Of a stretch of 18,682 bases of DNA, positions 7,300 through 14,677 are shown one piece after another. Position 1 is the stretch's first letter. The number at the start of each line of letters is the position of its first letter. A program made the position numbers and the translations under genes. The notes under the pieces were generated by a model. It made no database searches, was not told where the DNA came from, and saw nothing but the letters and a program-made list of their open reading frames with translations. This DNA is from a bacterium (GTDB lineage Bacteria > RBG-13-61-14 > DATKZS01), in contig JAWOBU010000230.1 in assembly GCA_046484135.1 (NCBI GenBank), positions 1-18,682 of the forward strand. Reading direction: 5' to 3'.

Positions 7300-8823
7300 T
7301 CATGGAGGCAGGACCACGTAAAGGCTTGCGTTTTGCCTTCTTAGCCTGAGCAGGAGGGGGCGGTCCTCGTTTTGTTCCATCATTTTCTTAGCCTCCTGGA
7401 GAGAGCTTACGCTTTTGCGGTTTATGCCTACGATCACGTCGCCGGGCCGGAGTCCTGCCATGTCCGCCCTGCTTCCGGACTTCACTTTCATGACCGCCAC
7501 GCCCTCGAGTCCCGGCTCCACCCCCAGCTTGCGGGCCAGCCTCGGGGTCAGCTCGGCCAGCTTCATCCCCTGGATGACCTCCTCGGAAGGCTCTTCCGGC
7601 TTCTGGCGCTGTCCTGGTCTTTGTCCTTTTCCCTCGAACTCCTTGCGGCTCATTAGCTCGACCCGGCGCTGCTTTTCCTTGCCGTCTCTTACGATGGTCA
7701 GCTCAACCTCGCTGTCCGGCGGGTACTCCGCGATCATGTTGCGAAGATGGTTGCTGTCCCTGACCCTTTTGCCTTCCAGCGACACGATAACGTCGCCCGG
7801 TTCAAGACCGGCCTCATCAGCGGGCGTGCCCTCTATGACCTCGGCCACCAGCGCGCCGTAAGCGCTTTCCAGCCCGAACTGCTCGGCCAGGCCCGGAGTC
7901 ACCTGCTGGATGCTGACCCCCAGAAATCCGCGCCTGACCTCGCCGTGCTCGATCAGGCTGTTCAGAACGTGGCGGGCGAGGTTTGCGGGCACGGCAAACC
8001 CCACTCCCATGTGTCCGCCGGAGCGGCTGAAGATGGCGGTGTTGATCCCCACCACCTCGCCGTTCAAGTTGATGAGCGCTCCGCCGGAGTTGCCGGGGTT
8101 TATGGCCGCGTCGGTCTGGATAAAGTTCTCGTAATCGGTGATTCCCACCCGGGAGCGTCCGCGGGCGGACACGATCCCCATGGTCACGGTATTGGACAGC
8201 CCGAAGGGGTTTCCGATGGCCAGGACCACCTGTCCCACCTTCACCTTGTCCGAGTCGGCGAGCTTCAGCACGGGAAGATCGTCGGAGTCTATCTTCAGGA
8301 CGCCGATGTCTGTTTTGGGATCATTTCCCACGATCTCGGCCTGGAACTCCCGCTTGTCGGAGAGCATTACCCGGACTGACTCCGCGTCCTTTATCACGTG
8401 GGCGTTGCTCAGGATGTACCCGTCTTCGCTCACGATCACGCCCGAGCCCAGGCTCCGCTCCTTTCTCTTCCGATTGAACTCCGGCCCGTGAAAGAAGCGG
8501 AAGAAAGGGTCGTTAAAGAAAGGCATCATGGGCGACTCGTCCACCTTCTCGGAAAACACGTTCACCACCGCGGGCATGGCTCCTTCTGCGACCTCTACCA
8601 GCCGGTCCTCCAGAACCATCCGGTACTCCTGTGACGGAGGCAGGGGCTCTTTTACTTTCGGCTCCGGAAGGGCCGGCTTTTTCTCTTTCCGCGAAAGCTC
8701 CCGGTTCTCTCCATACCAAATGCCCACAACCGCGGCCAGACCCAGGAGCACCACGACCACCAGGACCGCGGCAGGCGAGACCCTTCCGCCGGCTCCTTTA
8801 AACTTCTCTTTCGGCAGTTTCAT
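7300..8823 (-). CDS. HtrA/DegP (Do family) serine endoprotease with N-terminal membrane anchor and two PDZ domains, 507 aa
   Basis: SLGSGVIV, SNAHV (His), KTDIGV (Asp), IQTDAAINPGNSGG (Ser), RGFLGVSIQ PDZ start, two GLxPGDVI motifs; GGAGG SD. Confidence 0.95.
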   Translation of the reverse strand: MKLPKEKFKGAGGRVSPAAVLVVVVLLGLAAVVGIWYGENRELSRKEKKPALPEPKVKEPLPPSQEYRMVLEDRLVEVAEGAMPAVVNVFSEKVDESPMMPFFNDPFFRFFHGPEFNRKRKERSLGSGVIVSEDGYILSNAHVIKDAESVRVMLSDKREFQAEIVGNDPKTDIGVLKIDSDDLPVLKLADSDKVKVGQVVLAIGNPFGLSNTVTMGIVSARGRSRVGITDYENFIQTDAAINPGNSGGALINLNGEVVGINTAIFSRSGGHMGVGFAVPANLARHVLNSLIEHGEVRRGFLGVSIQQVTPGLAEQFGLESAYGALVAEVIEGTPADEAGLEPGDVIVSLEGKRVRDSNHLRNMIAEYPPDSEVELTIVRDGKEKQRRVELMSRKEFEGKGQRPGQRQKPEEPSEEVIQGMKLAELTPRLARKLGVEPGLEGVAVMKVKSGSRADMAGLRPGDVIVGINRKSVSSLQEAKKMMEQNEDRPLLLRLRRQNASLYVVLPP

Positions 8824-9080
8824 GTTACCTCCTTCATCGAAACCATCACTAAAGCGCTCATTCCCGGCCGGCGCCTTGCGACCGCTGGTCCGTAAAACAC
8901 GCCCTGCTCCCCGCTTAAATACGTTCCGTAATTTAAAATGAGCATTATTTTAGAAAATGCAACTTGAGAAAAGAGAACAAGGCACCGGTTCTTAATGCAC
9001 ATAACCTTTTCTTTTCCCTTGGAGGTTCTTGGTCTTTGCGTGGAATAAGCCCTTATTTCCGGCAGGAGTGAGGCCGGAAA

Positions 9081-9238
9081 GCCAGCGGGGAGTCTGTCCC
9101 TGGGCCTCTTCTCTGGTATTGTACCCATGGCGGTCCGGGGAATAAAGCAACTTAAGGCGTGCGACCCGAGCGCCGTGGCCGCTGGCGTTTGCAGCGGGGA
9201 GGCGCCGGGCAAGTTCCGGCCTTTTCCCTGTTCCCCGC
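9081..9238 (-). repeat. 158-bp dispersed repeat, copy A
   Basis: Reverse complement aligns without gaps to 17987-18144; 19 mismatches by manual count (about 88% identity). Confidence 0.9.
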
Positions 9239-9343
9239 CTGTCTGCCCTGTCTGCGTGCCTGTCTGCGTGCAAAACGCACAGGCAGGCGGACACGCCACA
9301 GGCGGGCAGGTCTCGACAAGTCGCGACTAAAGTCGCTCGCACA
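9238..9343. repeat. Self-nested CCTGTCTGCGTG...CACAGGCAGG palindromes followed by a REP half
   Basis: Inner unit CCTGTCTGCGTGCAAAACGCACAGGCAGG (9259-9287) splits a middle unit CCTGTCTGCGTG (9247-9258) + CGGACACGCCACAGGCGG (9288-9305), which matches the reverse complement of 5057-5086. A third start CCTGTCTGC lies at 9238-9246. Then CAGGTCTCGA...TCGCGACTAAAGTCGCTCGCAC resembles the right part of the 5020-5100 REP. Confidence 0.8.
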
Positions 9344-9439
9344 AAAGGAGTGTTCTTTGTAAGCGACAAAAACCGTTGTGAACAAACACTGGTTAAAGTT
9401 TTCTATAAAGATGAATGTTTTTTCCAGAAGCAGCTCTTT

Positions 9440-10507
9440 TTATTGCTCCTCTTTTACGTACCTGGTCGCCAGGTCGCCGACCTCTGAGGTTGTCTTTCCC
9501 ATTTTTCCGGCACCCATGTCTTTTATGTCGGTGGTGATGATCTTGATGATCGCCTTTTCCACTGCACTGGCTGCCTGGTCCTCCCCGATCGACTCGAGAA
9601 GCAGGCCGGACGCGGCAATGGCGGCGAGGGGATTTATCATGTCCTTGCCGGTGTACTTGGGCGCGCTTCCTCCGATGGGCTCGAACATGGAGACCCCTTC
9701 CGGGTTCAGGTTTCCTCCCGCGGCTATCCCCATTCCTCCCTGGATCATGGCCCCCAGATCGGTGATGATGTCGCCGAACATGTTGTCGGTAACGATCACG
9801 TCGAACCAGTCCGGGTTCTTGACCATCCACATGCAGATGGCGTCCACGTGGGCGTAGTCGGTCTCGATGTCCGGGAACTCCTCAGCCACCTGGTAGAAGG
9901 TCCTCTCCCACAGGTCGAAGGCATAGGTCAGCACGTTGGTCTTGCCGCACAGGGTAACCTTTTTCCGCCGGTCCCTTTTCCGGCAGTACTCGAACGCGAA
10001 CCTGATGCACCGCTCGACCCCTTTCCTGGTGTTCACCGAGGACTGGATGGCGACCTCGTCCGGCGTGCCTCTCTTCAAGAAACCGCCCGCGCCCGCGTAC
10101 AGGCCTTCGGTGTTCTCGCGGACCACCACGAAGTCGATGTCCTCCGGCCCCTTGTCCTTGATCGGGGTGTAGACGCCGGGGTAGAGCTTCACCGGCCGCA
10201 GGTTTATGTACTGGTCCAGCTCGAACCTGAGCCGGAGCAGTATCCCTTTCTCGAGTATGCCCGGCTTGACCTCGGGGTGGCCGATGGCCCCCAAAAAGAT
10301 GGAGTCCGTTTCGGCAAGCTCGGAAAGAACGCCGTCCGGCAGGACCTCGCCCGTGCGCAGGTACCTTTCACCGCCAATGTCATACTCATGAAAGTCGAAG
10401 CTTGTGCCGAAGCTCTCCCCCGCGGCCTTAAGAACCTTTACCCCTTGGCGGGCCACCTCCGGCCCGGTGCCGTCGCCGGGGATAACAGCTACCTGGTAAC
10501 TACTCAT
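9440..10507 (-). CDS. leuB: 3-isopropylmalate dehydrogenase, 355 aa
   Basis: IPGDGTGPEV, NLRPVKL, VRENTEGLY, KTNVL, VDA, DNMFGDIITDL, FEPIGGSAP. Start overlaps the leuD stop. Confidence 0.92.
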   Translation of the reverse strand: MSSYQVAVIPGDGTGPEVARQGVKVLKAAGESFGTSFDFHEYDIGGERYLRTGEVLPDGVLSELAETDSIFLGAIGHPEVKPGILEKGILLRLRFELDQYINLRPVKLYPGVYTPIKDKGPEDIDFVVVRENTEGLYAGAGGFLKRGTPDEVAIQSSVNTRKGVERCIRFAFEYCRKRDRRKKVTLCGKTNVLTYAFDLWERTFYQVAEEFPDIETDYAHVDAICMWMVKNPDWFDVIVTDNMFGDIITDLGAMIQGGMGIAAGGNLNPEGVSMFEPIGGSAPKYTGKDMINPLAAIAASGLLLESIGEDQAASAVEKAIIKIITTDIKDMGAGKMGKTTSEVGDLATRYVKEEQ

Positions 10508-11243
10508 TTATTTCCTCTTCGTCTTCGTCTTCCTCCGCTTCCCCTTGTTCCAGCTCTTCCTCTTCCCGCTCCGATTCCGGGATATCTTCCTGCGAGTCTT
10601 CATCTCCCCATGGAGCAGCCATGCCCTGCTCCGCCTCCTCCTCCAGTTCCTTCATGCGGTCGCCCGGCTTTCTTTTCTTCTCCGACTCTTCCTTCTTCTT
10701 CTTCTTCTTCTCCTCCTCCTGCTTCTTCTTCTCTACCGCGGAGGTAACCCTGCCTTCGTCGAGCCGCTTCTTTGCGAAACTTATAAGGCCGCCCGCTTCG
10801 ATTAGCTCCTGCATGAACTCGGGCACCGGCTCGGCCTGGTACTCCTTGTCCTTGGCCGCGTTTTTTATGCGGCCGGTTGCAAGGTCTACCTCGATCTCGT
10901 CTCCGGTCTCGATGTCGGCCACAGCCTCCGCGGACTCGAGGATGGGAAGCCCGATATTGACGCTGTTCCGGAAGAAGATGCGGGCGAAGCTCCCCGCTAT
11001 GATGCAGGAGACGCCCGCCGACTTGATGGACAGGGGGGCGTGCTCGCGGCTCGATCCGCACCCGAAGTTGGTCCCCCCTACAATGATGTCGCCCGGGCTC
11101 ACCTTGCCCGCGAACTCGGGGTCCAGGTCCTCCATGCAGTGCTCCTTGAGAACGTCCGGGTCAATGGTGGTGAGGTGTCGCGCCGGGATGATAACGTCGG
11201 TGTCAACGTTGTCGCCGAACTTCCATGCCTTGCCTTTAATCAT
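10500..11243 (-). CDS. leuD: 3-isopropylmalate dehydratase small subunit with a long charged C-terminal extension, 247 aa
   Basis: MIKGKAWKFGDNVDTDVIIPA, NFGCGSSREHAP, SFARIFFRNSVNIGLP. ATG at 11243 with AGGAG SD inside the ileS 3' end. Confidence 0.93.
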   Translation of the reverse strand: MIKGKAWKFGDNVDTDVIIPARHLTTIDPDVLKEHCMEDLDPEFAGKVSPGDIIVGGTNFGCGSSREHAPLSIKSAGVSCIIAGSFARIFFRNSVNIGLPILESAEAVADIETGDEIEVDLATGRIKNAAKDKEYQAEPVPEFMQELIEAGGLISFAKKRLDEGRVTSAVEKKKQEEEKKKKKKEESEKKRKPGDRMKELEEEAEQGMAAPWGDEDSQEDIPESEREEEELEQGEAEEDEDEEEINE

Positions 11244-14124
11244 TCCTGTTCTCCTTTGCTGTAAGCTCCCGCACCACCCGGGTGCACCTGGGACACAGGG
11301 ACGGATGAATCGGGTCCACTCCCCGCCAAGTCGAGAAAAGCCAGCACCGCTCGCACTTCTCCCCTCCGGCCCGTTCCACCCGGACCTCGAGTCCCTCGAT
11401 CTCGGCGCTTTTTTCTCCGTCCACGCTTTCTTTACAAAGATGAAGCCGGGAGACCCGGAACAGCCGCGCCAGGTCTTCGCCACCGCCGGCGCTTCGGTCC
11501 ACTTCCAGGAGGAACTCCAGGTCCGAAGGAGCGGCCGAGAGCAGGAGGGCGGCGTCGTTGGGATGACCGATCAAGCCGGACTTCTGGGCCTGGTCCAACG
11601 CCTTGTTCACTTCTTCCTGGATTTGGAACACCCTGGCCATCCGGTCCTCTGCGGGCCCGGCGAGCCACTCCTCATCCGGCTCCGGGAAGTTAAGGCAGTG
11701 CACGGACTTCACCTCCCGGTCCCGGCCGGGAAGATAATCATACACCTCTTCCGAGGTATAAGCCAGGACCGGCGCCATGAGACGGACGATCGAAGAAAGA
11801 GCGAAATACACCGCGGTCTGGGCGCTTCGTCTTTCTTTGCCGTTCGGGAGCTCGCAGTAGAGCCGGTCGCGGACCAGGTCGAAGTAAAAGGCGGACAGGT
11901 CCACTGTGCAAAGCTGGTTCAGGCCGTGATAGATAGCGTGAAACTCCCACTTTTCATAAGCGGCGAGCGCCCGCCTTTTAAACCGCTCGACGCGCGAGAC
12001 CATCCACCGGTCCAGCGGAAGCAGCTCGGACACGGGAAGGGCGTCCTTTTCCGGGTCAAAGTCGTTCAAGTTGCCCAGCATGTACCGGAGCGTGTTCCTC
12101 ACCTTGCGGTAGGTCTGGCTGATCCCGTTCATGATCTCGCGCGAGACGCGGATGTCGTTCCGGAAGTTTTCGGAAGCAGTCCACATCCGTAGAATCTCTG
12201 CCCCGAACTCTTTTAAAAGCCGGTCCATGGGGATGTAGTTACCGGACGACTTCGAGTACTTCTTGCCGTCGGTGTCCACGGTGTAGCCGTGGGTGAGCAC
12301 GGTCCGGTAAGGGGCGTGTCCCCGCGTGCCGGTCGCGCACAACAGGCTGGAATGGAACCAGCCCCGGTGCTGGTCCGATCCCTCCAGGTACATGTCGCAG
12401 GGGCTCGTGAGGTAATCGCGCTCCTCGCAAACGCAGGCAAAGCTCACGCCCGAATCAAACCACACGTCCAGGATGGCGTTGTCCCTGCTGAAGTCTTTGC
12501 CCCCGCAGGCGGGACAGGAGGAACCTTCCGGCAGGAGCTCATCCGCGGAGCGCGTGAACCAGGCGTCCGCTCCTTCCTGCTCGAAGATGTCGGCCACGTG
12601 CAGAATAACGTCGGAATCGAGAATGATTTCCCCGCAGGATTTGCAGTGGAAGGCCACGATAGGCACGCCCCACACCCGCTGGCGCGAGATGCACCAGTCA
12701 GGCCGGTTCTCGATCATGCCGTAGATGCGCTCCTCCCCCCAGCGCGGGTCCCACTTGCACTTCCTGATCTCCTCCAGCGCCTTCTTGCGAAGATCACCGG
12801 TTTCCATGCTTATAAACCATTGGGGCGTGGCCCGCGAGATCACCGGCTCTTTTCCCGCCGACCCGTCCGGCCGCTGGTGGGCACGCCAGCACAAGGGATA
12901 GTCGTGCTCGTACTCGCCCGACCACAAAAGGTTCCCCGATGCTTCGAGCTTTTCCACCACGCGGGGATTCGCGTCAAACACGAACTGTCCGCCGAAGAAC
13001 TCCACGTCCTCGGTAAACCTACCGGACTCGTCCACCGGCGAGTAGATGGGAAAGCCGTACTTCAGGCCGGTGTCATAGTCCTCCCTGCCGTGGCCGGGAG
13101 CAGTATGCACGCAGCCGGTGCCTGCCTCCAGGGTTACGTAATCCGCGAGCACCACCATCGAGTCCCGCTCATAAAGCGGGTGCCGCGTTACCTGTCCTTC
13201 CAGGTCCGAGCCCCGGAAACGGTCCACCACCCGCGCGCCTTCCATGCCCACGGCGGCAAAGGTATGGTTGGCCAGCCCCTCGGCCAGTACATAGACGGCG
13301 CCCTTCCACTCGACCGCGACGTAATCGAGCTCCGGGTGCACGGCAATGGCCAGGTTGCCGGGGATGGTCCAGGGAGTGGTGGTCCATATCACCAGGTAAA
13401 CCGGTCCGTGCTCCTTTGCCAGAGCGGCCAAGCGCCGGCGGGCTTCGTTCTCCCGACTTTTGTCTTCGACCCACGGGAACCGCACGTAGATGGAGGTGGA
13501 GACGTGAGGTTCGTACTCGAGCTCTGCTTCGGCCAACGCCGTCTTGTGGTACGGGCACCACCACACCGGCCGGTCGGCGCGGTAAACCGATCCGTTCTTT
13601 ACAAAACGGGCCAGCTCGCGGGCGATGTTGGCTTCGTAGCGGTAGTCCATGGTCACGTAGGGGTTGTCCCACTCGCCCAGGACCAGCATCCTCTTGAACT
13701 CTTCCCTCTGTATGTCCAGGTACTTGTCGGCGTACTCGCGGCAGAGCTTGCGCTTTTGGGCGGGGTCCACCCGGTCCTTTTGGTCGCCGAGCTGGATGTC
13801 CACCTGGTGCTCGATGGGAAGGCCGTGGCAGTCCCAGCCCGGCACATAAGGGGTCTTCCTGCCGGTCATGGCCATGGCCTTTACTATCATGTCCTTTAAA
13901 ATCTTGTTCATGGCGGTGCCGAGATGGATGCTGCCGTTGGCGTAAGGCGGCCCGTCGTGCAGGACCCATGTGGGTTCGTCCTTGTGTGCTTCGAGCACCG
14001 CTTCATAGGTTTTTTCGCGGTCCCATCTTTTCACCATCTCCGGCTCGTTTTCATAGAGCTTGGCCTTCATGGGAAAGCCGGTCCGGGGAAGATTAAGCGT
14101 ATCCTTTAAGTCCTTCTTGCTCAT
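11236..14124 (-). CDS. ileS: Isoleucine--tRNA ligase (type 1), 962 aa
   Basis: LKDTLNLPRTGFPM, LHDGPPYANG, PGWDCHGLPIE, WTTTPWT, GTGCVHTAPGHG, DWCISRQRVWG, LEGSDQHRGWF, C-terminal CERCW...CPRC zinc finger. Confidence 0.97.
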   Translation of the reverse strand: MSKKDLKDTLNLPRTGFPMKAKLYENEPEMVKRWDREKTYEAVLEAHKDEPTWVLHDGPPYANGSIHLGTAMNKILKDMIVKAMAMTGRKTPYVPGWDCHGLPIEHQVDIQLGDQKDRVDPAQKRKLCREYADKYLDIQREEFKRMLVLGEWDNPYVTMDYRYEANIARELARFVKNGSVYRADRPVWWCPYHKTALAEAELEYEPHVSTSIYVRFPWVEDKSRENEARRRLAALAKEHGPVYLVIWTTTPWTIPGNLAIAVHPELDYVAVEWKGAVYVLAEGLANHTFAAVGMEGARVVDRFRGSDLEGQVTRHPLYERDSMVVLADYVTLEAGTGCVHTAPGHGREDYDTGLKYGFPIYSPVDESGRFTEDVEFFGGQFVFDANPRVVEKLEASGNLLWSGEYEHDYPLCWRAHQRPDGSAGKEPVISRATPQWFISMETGDLRKKALEEIRKCKWDPRWGEERIYGMIENRPDWCISRQRVWGVPIVAFHCKSCGEIILDSDVILHVADIFEQEGADAWFTRSADELLPEGSSCPACGGKDFSRDNAILDVWFDSGVSFACVCEERDYLTSPCDMYLEGSDQHRGWFHSSLLCATGTRGHAPYRTVLTHGYTVDTDGKKYSKSSGNYIPMDRLLKEFGAEILRMWTASENFRNDIRVSREIMNGISQTYRKVRNTLRYMLGNLNDFDPEKDALPVSELLPLDRWMVSRVERFKRRALAAYEKWEFHAIYHGLNQLCTVDLSAFYFDLVRDRLYCELPNGKERRSAQTAVYFALSSIVRLMAPVLAYTSEEVYDYLPGRDREVKSVHCLNFPEPDEEWLAGPAEDRMARVFQIQEEVNKALDQAQKSGLIGHPNDAALLLSAAPSDLEFLLEVDRSAGGGEDLARLFRVSRLHLCKESVDGEKSAEIEGLEVRVERAGGEKCERCWLFSTWRGVDPIHPSLCPRCTRVVRELTAKENRND

Positions 14125-14278
14125 ATCCGGTGTCCTTTTGGTTTTAAGTGGTTGATAAAAGGCTTAAGAGAGGCGAGCGTCTTTTGCAAGCTTCATATGA
14201 GGCGCAGGAGAATGGTATGCGGGCGTAACTCACCGCCCGCTTTCATACCTCCGTTTTTTCCCGGTCTCATGGATTTCT

Positions 14279-14307
14279 ATATTATATCCGGTGTCTCTGG
14301 TTGTCAA
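14279..14307 (-). promoter_or_regulatory. Putative sigma70 promoter for ileS-leuD-leuB
   Basis: Minus strand reads TTGACA (14307-14302), then TATAAT after 15 nt or TAATAT after 17 nt. Confidence 0.65.
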
Positions 14308-14677
14308 TAAAAGGTATGGCTTGGAGCTCTCCCCTTTTTTCTTACCTGCTTGCGAATTTTTTGAGCATGGTTTCCGCCCAAGAAAATTAGTGCCCTCGTA
14401 GCCAATTCCTGTATAATGGTAAGGACTTACAGGAGTTGACGGAGGAAGGAACGGTGCGGCTCTTGCTGTTGTCTTTTTTCCGGTACTTCTTCACTGTTTC
14501 ACCGGCTCCGGGGCCTTGCAATTCCGGAATTTCGTGATTGCGCGAGGCGCAGTGGGGGGCTTCGGCGAGTTTTCTCCAAGGGGCGGCGAATTTCTTCCGG
14601 TTTCCATTCGTTGCCCGAAGCGGACGAAAGAGGGCCCCTCTAAGGAGGCGGCCTGATGAATACAGGAGCAAGCCATA

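Noticed and set aside
8820..9385. Several 67-159 aa ORFs between leuB and the HtrA gene, and similar ones at 17842-18236
   Set aside because: They are translations of the 158-bp repeat and nested palindromes. Mismatches between copies mostly avoid one codon position (1 of 19), but the frames implied by that pattern contain stops on both strands.
11244..11483. N-terminal extension of LeuD
   Set aside because: Lies within the ileS C-terminal coding region; ATG 11243 has an SD and matches the family start.
9848..13899. Long plus-strand ORFs (299, 523 and 536 aa) opposite leuB/leuD/ileS
   Set aside because: Antisense shadows of GC3-rich genes with no recognisable motifs.
14125..14400. T-box riboswitch upstream of ileS
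   Set aside because: No GGTGGNACCGCG-type T-box sequence found on the minus strand.
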